Source: Basidiobolus meristosporus CBS 931.73
Taxonomy: Eukaryota > Fungi > Basidiobolomycota
DNA: 64,000 bases
NCBI GenBank assembly: GCA_002104905.1
Contig: MCFE01000399.1
Span: forward strand, 1-64,000
Reading direction: 5' to 3'
Shown here: positions 51,514 through 64,000 of the stretch, one piece after another
How the letters are laid out: each line of letters starts with the position of its first letter
Numbering within the stretch: position 1 is the stretch's first letter
Notes under the pieces: model-generated
What the model was told of the DNA's origin: nothing
Databases searched by the model: none
Seen by the model: only the letters and a program-made list of their open reading frames with translations
Program-made: the position numbers and the translations under genes

Positions 51514-54500
51514 ATGATACAATCTCCCTGTATTCACGTCCCTAGTAAGCGGACAGAAGAGGTCGATTGGGCTACCCCTCTGAAAAAGTATATCGCTAGT
51601 AATTATCAAGATGACCCAGAAAAGTATCTGGAAGAGGTCAATACTATCAATAGACTTCGCCAAGACATGCGTGGTGCTGGGAAAGATACTACAGGAAGAG
51701 ATTTGCTTTATCGTTACTACGGCCAATTGGAATTACTTGATTTACGCTTTCCAGTTGATGAAAACAACATCAAAATTTCCTTCACTTGGTACTATATTTT
51801 TTGAGCATTTTTAGTGTTCGACTATCTAACGGGCTCTTTATTTGCTTAGGTGTGACACTTTTACTGGTAAATCTACCTCCCAGTTCTCCCTAGCTTATGA
51901 GAAGGCGTGTACCATATTCAACATGGCCTCAACCTTATCAGCAATCGCTTCTTCCCAAGTTCGCTCGGAACCGGATGGCCTGAAGCGTGCTTTCAATTAT
52001 TTCCAAGCTTCAGCTGGGATGTTTACCTACATTAACGAGAATTTTCTCCACGCCCCGTCTACCGATCTCAGTCGAGATATCGTCAAAATACTCTCTCAGC
52101 TTATGCTGGCTCAGGCCCAGGAATGTTTCCTTGAGAAGAGTCTTGGCGAAAAAAAGAAAGACGCTCTTATAGCCAAGTTGGCCAGCCAAGCTTCGTGGTC
52201 GTATGGGTCAGTTGTTGATGCAATGAACGAAGGGGTTGCTAAGACTGCTCTTAGCCGCTGGTGGCACATGGTTTGTCAGGTAGGTTGATTTATGACAACC
52301 AAGGTAAATGGTAACTGCTTTATTTATGAACAAACAATTATTATTAGGCAAAACAAAAGCATTACCAAGCTGTTGCTCAATACCACAAAGCCCTGGCATG
52401 CGAAGCCGAAAACAAATATGGTGAGGTGGTTGCTCGTCTTACGTATGCAGAAACCAATGCCAAAGAGGCAACGAAATTGGTGAATACGTTTGCAAGTGGA
52501 TTCACGCCCTCCTTAACATCCATCCCACCGGATGCCGCAACGGCGCTTCAAGATATTGCCAAGTCTTCTCAGACCATCATTTCGGAGAAATTGGTCTCTG
52601 CAACCAAAGATAATGATTTGGTTTACCATGACATTGTTCCAAATGTTGATGTGCTGCAACCAATTGACAAGCTTAATGCTGTCAAACCTATTCCAATTTC
52701 CGAACTTTACGGGCCTAACGAAATCCAGAAGGTCATTGGGGTTGATATTTTCCAAAGGCTAATCCCTTTATCTGTCCATGAATCATCGTCTCTATACTCC
52801 GAAGAGAAGGCCAAAATTATTCGCAAGGAGACGGAAAGAGTGGATCTTGCTGATGGTGAGCTAGATGCGGCTTTATCATTCATGCAGCTTCCTGAATCCA
52901 TTGAGAAGTTCAAGAACAGAAATGGAATGGGGGAGAAGTCGATCACCTCTCTTGCTCGGAGCACTCCCGAGGTGAAAGAGTGGGCTAGAATGATTAGCCA
53001 AGAAGAAAACGAGAGAGGAATGGTTGGGGAGTTAATTGTCACACTTGAAGGGCTCAGAGGCAAAGCTAAGGAATTGCTTGATGGTGTTGGCATTTCCCTA
53101 GAGCAAGAACAGCGTGATTGTGAAGCAATGAGGGTAATTCGCTTCCTGAAAGACATCTTGACACAATCACATATTGATATTTATTCTTCTTTTACAGGTT
53201 AAATTTGGGGATCTCTGGACTCAAAGTCCTTCTGGTCCACTCACTGCCAGCTTCCGACAAGACATCCGAACCCACCGCGAGGCTCTTGATAAGGCCATAG
53301 CTTCAGATCGGACTTTAATCTCAAGATTTGAAGAGATACATTCTTCTATCGAGGTACTTCGTGAAGGGGAGCACAGCGACAGATTGGAGCAAATGTTTGC
53401 TGAAGCAGTTGCCAGCGCTGCAGGATCTGGTAGGGGTAGTAATTCTGCTGAGAACTCTCTGCTTGATACCGAGATGGAGGACGGGATCGAATCCAACATT
53501 ACAAATATTGAGAAGAGTATTGAGAAGTTAAACAAGATTAAGAAGGAGAGACAGGAAACTCTTGATGATCTGAAGAAAAAGGTTGGTTGTTTTATCTAGT
53601 AGGCATATTTACAGCCCAATTAACGCATTTCGTTCTACAGATTCAAGACGATGACATATCTCACTTGCTGATTTTGAACAAAAAATCACCAAACATCGAA
53701 TCGCAGCTGTTTGCTACTGAACTAGAGAAATTTAAGGGACACCAAAATCGTATTACTGCAGCAGTGCATCATCAACAAGCTCTAATCCAAGAGCTCTCTG
53801 GTTACTTCAAGGCTCTAATGGAAGGAGCTGAAGCTAAACGAGTTCAACGTATCTGGGATAATGCTGAGGCCAAGAGAGACGAAGTAACTAATAAGCTTCG
53901 CACTGCGTCTAACGATTACATGGATATTAAGAACGGTGTTAGGTACGAGAAGACAATGCAATGTATATGCTTTCTTAGTCACCTAATCCATTTTTTCTGT
54001 CTACAGAAAAGGAGTTCAGTTTTATGCAGACTTGAATGATGTCTTGGCTGATCTGAATGCCAATGCTCGGAGACTAGTTCACGATCGCGAACAAGAAAGA
54101 CAATCTTTGATCCAGTCCATTGAGGGGAACAAAATTGAACGTGAGCATCAAGCGTTGAAGGAGCAATTGGAGAAGTACCAAGATGTTCCTCTGGATCGCG
54201 GCCAACGTCATTTTGACAACCCTCCTGTAAACCCCAATTTTGCAAATTCGGCTGAGGCGAATATCTACGCAGATATGGCTATCAAGAAACTTACTGAGCA
54301 GGCCAACCGTCTTCATATCCATAATGAGGGCAATCAGCACGCTTATGCACCAGGCCCTGACGCCTCATCTCCATTCAACTTACCTCCTCCCGCACAGGCA
54401 CCCAGTGCACCGATCCAGGGACCAACCAGATACAATAGTCAACCCGACTACCCTACCGGTGGTTCCACATTCTCACCTCCCCCACTCAACCCTCAAGGCC

Positions 54501-56254
54501 CTAATATCGCACAGGGTGTTTGCAAAACCCCGTCTTATGGATCAGACAAGGACCAGAGTGCATATTATCCACCACCACAAAACGCGCAGGCACCAATGGC
54601 CAGGACCCCATCATACGGATCAGAAGCCGACCACCATAACCCATACTTCCCACCTGGTGGAAACCAACCACCATTACCGATGAATGCACCTCATGGTGCT
54701 CAACCTAATATGGGACCTGGGGGCTATCAAACTGCTCCATCGCCTTATATTAAACAAGATCCCCAATTTAGAGCACCTAGACAACCTGCTCCACAGCATC
54801 CCCATGCTAATATCCATTCACCGGATGTTGCTGAACCCAGGCAGCTTTCTCCAGTAATTGATCGTAATCAAGCTCCAGTTGGTGGTTATCAAGGTCAATA
54901 CGGTTATGCCCAGCCCCCATACCAGCAGCAGCAGCAGCAGCAACCCATTCAAACCTCACAACCTCAGAACTACTCTGCTCCGATTGGATATGGATATCAG
55001 CAGCAAACCCCAGCTTCCGAAAACGTTACTAGCCCACAAATGAACACACCTGGATGGCAATCCCAACAGCAATATCAGAAAAATCTACCACCACGCCCTG
55101 AGTTCAACCCTGGCCCTGTGCAACCGACCCAACAACAACAATACCCTCACCAGAACCCTCAACTCAATCAATATCCTGGCTATGGTGGGTCGTCGCCTGT
55201 TCCGGGTCAAGCACAGGGACTACAAAGACAGCCCTCAAATTATGATTTACAGCTAAAGCAGCCATCTCATCAAGGACAACATGTGGGAACAAGCGGGCAA
55301 CCTATTCGTAACCAACCTCCCCAACAACCTCAATATCAAGGCTTTGATCAAAGCAGCCAAAGACCTGAACATCCACAATACTATAACGCACGTACTCAAC
55401 AACCACAATACAATGCCACAGTACAGCAACAACCTCATCAACCACCACCACCACCACCACAACAACAACAGCACCAGCAACACGTTCGTCCGAATATGTA
55501 CCAAGAGGGAAATCAAGCCTCACATTCGCAATACCCTTATGGTAACGGACAAAGTGGGCAAGTGATCTCATCACCTTATCAACCAACCAACCCAGCTACG
55601 TTATCTGGTGGCTCGGATAACTCATACGCATCTGCGTCACAAGTTCCACCTCAACAAGGATATCAACCACAGCAAGCCCCGTATCAACAATACCATGGTC
55701 AACCCCAGAACCAACCACCTACTCAAGATCCAAGATTGAGAGAGGGCTCGACTGGACAACAGTTCTATCCTTACCAAGGAGGATCGGCTGGACAGATGGG
55801 TCATCAGCCCCCTCAGAATCAACAACCACCACCTCAACAAGAACACGCCCACCCCGGTTATCAACAAAGACAAGGCTATGAAGTCCAACCTCAGCAATAT
55901 CAGCAGTCCAACCAACAACAGCAATTCCAGACTACCCCTGGCCCCCATGGCTATCAACTGCAACAAGGCTACAACCCTGGCCCACCTCAAGGGCCTACTG
56001 GCTACGTTAACCCATCGCCTCAAGGATGGCAGCAAGGTGCACCACAGCAGCAGCAACAGCCAATGGGTAACCAATATCAAACACAAGGTGCGATCCAAGG
56101 CCAGCAGCCTCCTGCCCCACAGCAGCAATATCAGCCACAACAGCAGCAGCAGCAGCAGCCCGGACAATGGAATGGTTACCCTCAACAGCAGGTACCACCA
56201 CCGCCACAAGGGAACTTCTATGGAGGACAAGGCGGCGGATCTCTTTTGGATTAA
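51514..56254 (+). CDS. BRO1: ESCRT-associated Bro1 (Bro1 domain, V domain, very long Q/P/Y/G-rich tail); multi-exon
   Basis: VPSKRTEEVDWATPLKKYI, LLYRYYGQLELLDLRFP, SLAYEKACTIFN, AFNYFQASAGMF, KDNDLVYHD, DIFQRLIPLSVHESSSLYSEEKAK and DDDISHLLILNKK, followed by a low-complexity tail. Confidence 0.95.
54910..56210 (+). repeat. CAG/CAA/CCA microsatellite-like tracts encoding polyQ/polyP in the BRO1 tail
   Basis: For example cagcagcagcagcagcagcaa near 54923, caccaccaccaccaccacaacaacaac near 55440 and cagcagcagcagcagcagccc near 56141. Confidence 0.8.
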
Positions 56255-56774
56255 GATAGGAGATCAGCGGTTGAATCACCATGGGATACTAGCACCCCAC
56301 TAGTTGGTTTTACCGGTGAGAATCATGTAAACCAGTCTGTCGACATTGGCATTTTCTGTTTTTCTTTTATGTAGCAAAAGATATTATTAGTTAATGTATA
56401 AATTTAAGAATCCCCTTCCCCAACATCCGGTCTGAGAAACAAATCATCTCATGAACTCTGTTTGAATTCAATAAAACCCATCATTATCATTATCATTATC
56501 GGTTACACCAATGTTTACATTCGCATTAACATTGTACATCAAGTCGCCAAAAAGAGAGATCCTCGATCAAGACAATTCCCGTCACAACCGCTGTGATGTT
56601 CAACATGGGTATTTGGTTTATTACTCTATATTACATATGTATATTTCTGTCTCTGATGGAGGATCCAATATAAAACTAGAACCTATCTAGGTTGCGTGCT
56701 CTATGTATGTGTACGTGCGTGAAAATGTATAAATATGGGAAGGGAATTTGATCAGGGTATGATGGGTTTGAACT

Positions 56775-57841
56775 TTAAGCTGCGGACACGATGGCACTGT
56801 AGTGGGGAGGGGCCACTATAGTTTCCATCGAGCACTCATATGACGGTGGTAATGGGATGATGTTGTAGCTTGGCAATTCTTCGTCAGTATCCAGACTTGG
56901 TGACGCGATAAGAATTGGAAGTTCGAAGTGGGCGCTAGTCAATTTGCCTTTGTAGCCGAGGTCAATGCGTATCTGGAGGCGATGGGTTACCTCGATATAC
57001 TCGTTGCTGGAATCGTAAACTTTAAGTGAGGAGGGGATTTTCACCATCAGCACCTTCTCGTTGTTCACAAGCTCCTCTCGAAACCAGACGAAGCTCATGT
57101 CTAACTTCTTCTCAGTTTCTCTGACAACCTGGTTGGGGTCTTTTGGAGATTTGTATACGATGTGCTGCTTCAATAGGCAAGCAGCAAGGAGAACCTTGTC
57201 TAGCTTGGTGTGGTCAGTGATTTCATGTTGAAGCTGTAGGGGGAACTCATCGCCAGGAGTGAATCGCTGGTTTGGAATGGTAAAGCGGCATGATAATTTG
57301 CTTTCCCACTCTTGCTCCATTTGAGTAACGTGACGAGGAGTCAATAGGGAATCCACGTAGCGCCAAATAGAAACCGGCTTCTCTGCCTTGAGTTTGGAGT
57401 ACAACAAAGTTGTGTCAACCACAGCCTTGAATTTATATTGGATGGATCCGGATTCAGCTTTAATGGTCTCGGGTAAATCTCTAGGCATGGCGAGTGTGAA
57501 GTCATAACTGGTGGTCTGACCATTCTTGAATGTTTGGCTCACAGATGAGTTGAGGAAAGACCATTCTTTATGGTAGAAAACCGTCTCATTCTTACGAATA
57601 TCTAGATGTGAGGAATCGATTAGAGATCAATATGTAACAATTTGACACATTATTGGTACATACCTGAAGCTGTTGAAACAGTATATCTTCCCTCGAACTG
57701 GAGTGTAATTTTGTTGACCTTGATCGTAGAATTGGGAGAAAATATCAAGGTTCCGCAGAGAATGTGATCACCGCTTCCGCCGTAGCCTTTGTAGAAAGTG
57801 TCTTGGTCCAAGACAATGTCGAGCTGTGTTTTCCTGGTCAT
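56775..57841 (-). CDS. Alpha-arrestin (arrestin-related trafficking adaptor) with C-terminal PY motifs; 2 exons
   Basis: ILCGTLIFSPNSTIKVNKITLQFEG, YDFTLAMPRDLPETI...GSIQYKFKA, IEVTHRLQIRI and ELPILI; tail motifs LPSY, PPSY and PPHY. Confidence 0.88.
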
Positions 57842-59053
57842 TCTGGTTCCTTGAGAAGTATTTTGAAATCAGAAGGCCCTCCGTTCTCTTTTATAACATT
57901 TCGAGGGTGTGTCAGAAGGATAATGTCACCCATTTTAGATGAACCATATATAGTGCCATTATCTCTTCCCGTCCCACTTGACCCATATTTGCATACCAAA
58001 ATTTTCAGATGCCTGCGATTAGAGATTACCTGAGCATCCAAAAAAGGATGCATTCTCGTATCAACAAAGGGCCATAGCAATGGAGTGTAAATATCAAATG
58101 AATTCACTGATTTTAGGAGCACCATGAATCAATTGGAGTAGCTGGATTCAGAAAATATTTGAGATGGATTTGCGATAGGGTGATTGGCGGACAATATGAA
58201 GAACCGATTGATAGATCTTGCCTTGTAAGGATTATCGATAATAGTCGGCAAATCAAGCATCTCAACAGTGCATCTTTTTGTAACACAACTAGGTCTCTTC
58301 TGCGGATTTCAGATCATGATTGATATCAAGTCCGCCATAAATAGTTTTCCAATGTCTGAATTAATAAGCTGCACTTCAACCATGATATCATTGATTAGCT
58401 TGATAAACATTTTAACGGGTGGATCGTTTTAAATACGTAAATTACGTTAATGAAAGCTCGATAGATAATACTCCATCCACAGAATGGTGGACGAATTATT
58501 TAGCAGAAACTGCGGAACAGGATAGTTGTTATTTGGTAATACTGAATATCCATTTTCATGGATTAGGATACGTTTACTGGTTAAGGTAATCAGGATAATG
58601 TTAAATCTGTCAAATCTCTAGTGTGGAGATCTAGTTCGTAATGATTGTTTTGTTCAAATCTAATGTGTTTGGTTTGCTGGCATGGTTCCGTGGGTGAACC
58701 TGCGGAAGGATCATGAACACTCTAACAAATTGTCCAATACCAACCACTTGTGCACTGTTGAAGTAAGCTTTAGTAAAGTAATGGTGGCAACGTAATCTCT
58801 CGATCTGCCAGAGTTTCTACCAATACCAAACAAACATTGTATCAATCTGACTGAATCTATACAGTGCAGGGATTTTTCAACATTACCTAGAGCAGGGTGA
58901 TAATCTAATATGTGCTGAGACTCGACACCAAACCAATTTGATCTACAACACGCTGAATATATATAGTATGTCAAATTATGATAGTTTCGCCTAGAAAAAG
59001 TGTTTATTCAGGTACTTAATCCAAGCGTATTGAAGGGGAAATTATCTAGGAAA

Positions 59054-59462
59054 TTAATGGGCACGACGAGACTCAGCAATGACGTTGGACATCTCCTCGA
59101 CCTTGGCCTTGGCACGGATGAAAGTACCGAGTCTCTTCTTGGCAAGCTTACGGGCACGCTTATCCTTGGAGTTTTTCAACAATTCCATGATACGACGTTC
59201 ATATGGAGCAAAGCCAGCAACTTCACGAACGATTTCACGGACGAACTTAACGCGCTTGGAAGCAACCTACGATGATAATGCGGCGAAGTTATTACCCAAT
59301 TCGACCAAATCCATCTATAGATACTGTAGGTATCCATCCATTGAATTCGTTAAAAAAACTTACCCCCTTCTTGTGGGAAGGCTTGACCTTCAATTCACGA
59401 CGAGTGGTGATGTGACCGTGGTTAGCACCAAGGATAATACCTGACTTCTGAGTAACGGCCAT
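59054..59462 (-). CDS. RPL36: 60S ribosomal protein eL36; 2 exons
   Basis: [10 protein letters not shown]...KPSHKKG|[59 protein letters not shown]. Confidence 0.97.
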
Positions 59463-59782
59463 TTTTGACTCTTCAAACGAAAATACACGTTTCGTCGTGG
59501 AAGAAATAAGAGAAGGAGCAATCTAGCCAGCGTCCTTGGTGGTCATAAAGCTTCCAATCCATCATGGAAGTCCTTTTTTTGCGTATCACATGATTCATCG
59601 GAATTATTTTTTTTCTGGCAAGTGAATTTTTTCTAAACAAACATCACCACCGTTTTTGTTTCCCCAAGAGAAACAAATGTTGGAATGTAAATCCCCAGAT
59701 TTCCAATAACCAGATCTTATATATTTGAAGTGTGCATTAATTTTGGTCAGTAACTTAAACAATACCCAGTGTCCGGTTAAGT

Positions 59783-60206
59783 ATGTTAAGGAAATACTTC
59801 CACCAAGCTAGAGCTCTACACAATAGGCTGGAGCCGCTGATACTCAGCACCTTGACCATTCAAGGCTCTGCTACCACACATGAATTGCGGTTGGCTTGCC
59901 GCACACCAGAGAGCGCAGATAATGCTGTTGACAAAGCCATCCTCTCACTTGAAAAGGAGGAATTGATAGCTCGAGTGCAAGCCACCTCAGCTAAAAAGCC
60001 CTCAGATTACGTTGGTCCTGGTGGCTTGAGTGCTGAACAGGCAAGCACTATCTAATTCTAGTTCTTCACTCCAACTTATTCATTTTTATGCGAGTCTCTG
60101 TATGTAGATATTTAACAAAGTGCAGGAAGCCAGACGTCGTGATGAGGAGAGTAGCCTTCATAAAGGCACAGGACTTGACAAAGATATCAAGTGGAAGATT
60201 GTTTGA
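59783..60206 (+). CDS. Hypothetical small protein with a presequence-like N-terminus; 2 exons joined by a GC-AG intron (60041-60107)
   Basis: ATG 59783 MLRKYFHQARALHNR. The CAG|GCAAGC donor with the acceptor at 60107 gives IFNKVQEARRRDEESSLHKGTGLDKDIKWKIV*. Divergent from RPL36 across about 320 bp. No family recognised. Confidence 0.55.
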
Positions 60207-60560
60207 GAAACAAAAAGGGCTCACAGATAGGATATGGTGGTTTTTGCATCCCCGACACGCCTCGTTGTTTTCAAGCCTCTGACGGTAGGTGCCCCTTGGC
60301 TAGTTCAATCCACAATCGGTAGCAGCTGAATCTTTCGACAGCATTGCACAAGCATAGCAGAGGGGAAGTCCGAAAGGGAAAACAAAAGGAAATAAACCGT
60401 AATCTATGATTTTATTTGCCAGTGAGCTAGGGAGAATAAGTCGTGCTGACGACTCTGTTCACCTGACGGGTGAAAATTAAAACTTCTTGCCATAGATGAG
60501 AATACTAATATGATTACAAGACAAAAGGGGGATGGACCATGACTTGGTTGTATACGACAC

Positions 60561-62044
60561 TTAAAATCCGTTGTCAAATAGGTAATTGGCCGCTAGCTCC
60601 TCATTTTTATCGCAGGCAAAGTAGGCTTCGGTGGCGGTTTCACGGTCGAATCCTAGCGCAACCAGCTAATGGAGATACGTTAGTACTGCTTCAGGTGCAA
60701 AATGTTCGGCGGGACCTACCCTGTCTATAGCTTCTTTTTCTTGTTGTGAGATTTGAATGAATTGCATATCTGATTCTTCGGGGTCATAGTCCTCATCATC
60801 ATCCATATCATCGTTCTCTGCACTTAACAGTTGGAAAAAAGTTTCCTGGTTTTCGTTGATTAGTTGAAGGAGTTCGGGGTTGGCTTGTCCGAGTTGTTGT
60901 AATAAAGGCTGGAGTAACTCGGGATTTTGATGGACCAGTTGACGTAGTTGTTGAAACTGTGGCTGTCCAGTCAAGAACGAGATGTCAACATCATCGTCGT
61001 CATCTGGGTCTTCCATAGCAGCTGCTTGTTCAGCGGCTGCGGTGAAAAGATTCTGAGGCTGACCTATAGATTAGGGAGAATGAATACCACGGTTAGTTTG
61101 ATGCCGGCTTGGAGGTGAATTTCAGGAATGGTATTTACGAAGCATGGTAGCCGCGCTTTCCTGTGGCGTCTGTTCTGGAATACCCTAGAATAAGATGCAT
61201 CAGTTTAACTGGAAAAATAAACCGTGTCCACAAGTCAAACGAACATTCATTAAATATTCTACTGCTCTATCGGGGTTGTTGAAACTAGCCCGCATGGCTT
61301 TTGTGATCTTCTCACGTTCGAATCCCATTTCCAGCATATGAGAGATAGCGGCTTCATACTCGGGACCAGTAGCTGGGAACAGACAAGTATTAGTCCTAGC
61401 ATCAGTGAAGAGAGAGTACGAGCGGTAATACCTAACTCATTCTCTATGTTGCTTTCGTTCTGGGTATTGGAAGGTTTTGGGGCAGGTGTATCATCAGCAT
61501 TTTCTTCAACTTGACGTTGCACGTTTCGGGTGGGCGCTTGTGGGGTTTGGATTGGAGCTGCTGGTGGAGCAGGTGTGTTCGGGACTTCAGTAGAGGTAAC
61601 AGGTTGAGCCTTGGGCTATAAAAGGCAAGTTAATTATTTGCATTTAAAGGCTACATGGCGAATAGCAAAGTCGATACCTTTGATACCATGACAACCATGA
61701 AATCCCGCTCAGTGGCGTTGTATTCGGAAACTAAGTTTTCATCGACCAAAATCTTTCCTGAAATGATTGAAAAGCCGGTAAGCTAGTGGACAGAAATTTT
61801 GGGGTGAAAAGCACAGGATGCCGAAATATATACCCGAGAAAATGAGTTTTTGTTGAGCAACAGGAAAGCCTTGACTTTGTTCAATCTTTTCTTTTAAAGT
61901 TGAGACCTGGTGTTCCCAAACCCAATGCGTGGTTAAGCTCATGGAGATTTTCTTCGTCATAAAGGAAGCAGTGCTTACCTTGTCGTGGAGATCTACTTCG
62001 ATTTGGAATTGTTTCTGCTGTAAGGTTTTGATTGTGAGTTTCAT
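60561..62044 (-). CDS. RAD23: UV excision repair/proteasome shuttle Rad23 (UBL-UBA-XPCB-UBA); multi-exon
   Basis: [21 protein letters not shown]|KIL; [27 protein letters not shown]; [25 protein letters not shown]; final exon [28 protein letters not shown]. Confidence 0.96.
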
Positions 62045-62315
62045 TATGTCCTTGTTGCTACTCCAGTAGGTTGAATTAGTGGATGTTGCTTAAGGTAGGA
62101 TGCGTATATTCGTTCGATATCACGTGATCATGACCCCTCGGAATCTTACTCAGGACGACGCGTATTAATTTTTTTATGTTTCGCGAATCCTTGATATTAG
62201 ATTTTTTGTTAGAGCAACGGACGGCAGAGCGAGTAACACACCATTCAGAAGAGCTTGTATTTGTGACAGCTGGCCGTATTTATTTGTAAAGAATGGTTGG
62301 ACGACAGATGTTGAT

Positions 62316-64000
62316 TTACAATGGAGCGGTCTCTCGGATGAGCCAGTCATAAGCTAACTGGTTATTTTTGAGGAGCGGTGCGATCTTCGAACGTGTGAGT
62401 GAATGATAATCATTCACCCACTTGATTTCTTCAGAATTGAGCAGGGATGTTTGAATCAACTTCCGCATCAGTGGGACGAAGGTAATGTGCTCGAAACCGA
62501 GATAACTGGAGTCCCCAAACCTATACGGAGTGTTCTCTTCACGAACCAGCAATATGTTTTCAATGCGGATGCCAAACTTCCCATCCTCATAATAGCCAGG
62601 TTCATTGGTTACAAGCATCCCATTGGAAAGGCCAACTTCATTGGCGCTTGCACGAGTCGCAATGCTTTGGGGACCCTCATGGACATTAAGGAACGATCCC
62701 ACACCATGCCCAGTACCGTGGCGGAAATCAAGGCCTGCCTTCCAGAGGCTGCTCCTTGAAAATGCATCAATTTGATAGCCTGTAGTACCTTTAGGGAATA
62801 CTAGCGTATCAATAGCGATGTGCCCTTTGAGGACTCTAGTATAGCATTCCCGCTCATACTCAGTTGGGTTAGTAAAGTGAAGGGTACGGGTAACGTCGGT
62901 TGTGCCGTCACGATATTGAGCTCCAGAATCACACAGGTACATCTGATTTTTATCAATCATGGAACAAGTGGCTTTTTCAGGCTTGTAGTGAATGATCGCC
63001 CCGTTGGGTCCTGTGGATGAAATGGTGTCGAAACTGATGTCAAAGAAATTCTCTTGCTCTCTTCTGTATTGTTCGAGTTTGTCAGCTCCATCAGCCTCAC
63101 TTATATTGCTGTTACCCTGGTTAACCAATTCATCCTCCAGCCAAGCAAAATAGCTAACCAGAGCAGCAGCATCTCTCAGATGGCATTGTCTCATGCCTGC
63201 AAGCTCAGTCTCATTCTTTATACTCTTAGCATCACCTATTGGAGAGCGCAGCTCATGCGCGCGCTCAGCTCCAATGGTGTCGTACAGAGCAAAGCTAGCC
63301 TTATTAGATATAAGGAATTTCTAATAAAATTAAAGAGTTAACTTACGATCAGCGAAACTTGTAAATATTTCTACTTACCTTTTGGTTGACTTCTGCCTGT
63401 ATGGAGGCTTTCTTCAACTCTTCCCAGATGGCATCATAGGGACGAGTCTTGACATTCATCCCCAAGTGTGACTTTACCTGTAGAACAAATGTTAATGGAT
63501 GGGACGTATTAGTGTTCTAAGAAGCGTTCTACGAACCTCCTCAGTGAGTTTCTCCTCACTAACATAGAGGGTTGCTTCATTACCTGTGACCAATGCATAA
63601 GAAAAAAAGACAGGGTTGCATTGAATATCGCTACCACGCAAGTTGAAAAGCCACGCAATCTCATCCAGAGTAGATACTATGAATCCATAAGCGTTGTATT
63701 TTCGTAATTCTTCTCGAAGCTGGAGAAGTTTATCATCCACTGAACGACCGGCATACCGCATCGGGTGAGGAAAGATTTTGTTTGCGGGTAGGCTGGGTCG
63801 ATCCTTCCATATCTTATCAATTAAATTATCCTTGACAGTCACTAGAGCGGAATTAACGCTGGTCAATCTTTCTTGAAGTTTTCTCGCTACAGGAGCGGTA
63901 ATAAGCTTTGGGTCTATTCCAATCCGGGACCCAGCTGGAAGGTTATTGGTGACATACTCCTGCCAGGTTGGGACATTAGGGAGCCCTTGTTTCATAAGAG
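62316..64000 (-). CDS. Xaa-Pro aminopeptidase (aminopeptidase P, XPNPEP1/Fra1 type, M24B); 5' part lies outside the window
   Basis: [88 protein letters not shown] and WVNDYH. Confidence 0.95.

Noticed and set aside
62119-62128. ATCACGTGAT E-box palindrome upstream of RAD23
   Set aside because: A plausible bHLH site, but a single short motif with no supporting evidence.

Overview
Eukaryotic, gene-dense fungal DNA with short introns (about 45-80 nt; GT..AG, CTAAC-like branch points). Methionine synthase reductase, an Integrator subunit 10 homologue and a voltage-gated K+ channel together point to an early-diverging (non-Dikarya) fungus; a Basidiobolus/Zoopagomycota-type genome is an inference only. 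About 24 protein genes can be supported; the CDS coordinates given span introns. Most are housekeeping: CRC1, NTH1, RRP5, MTRR, an IFRD-family gene, mitochondrial ACP, CCR4, SEC23, GID8, BIR1, ARO4-type DAHP synthase, glucose-6-P 1-epimerase, BRO1, an alpha-arrestin, RPL36, RAD23 and aminopeptidase P. Two accessory patches stand out. (i) 1-4000 holds a pRiA4b-ORF3-like gene (absent from the ORF track because it runs off the window edge), decayed DNA with a possible Mutator relic, and a CipC-like gene. (ii) 40.3-45.6 kb holds two secreted genes: an intronless His-brace (LPMO-like) protein that I cannot assign to a named AA family, and an intron-bearing bacterial-type CBM9-like protein. No rRNA, tRNA, snRNA or CRISPR array was recognised. 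All homology calls come from motif recognition by eye; no database search was run.
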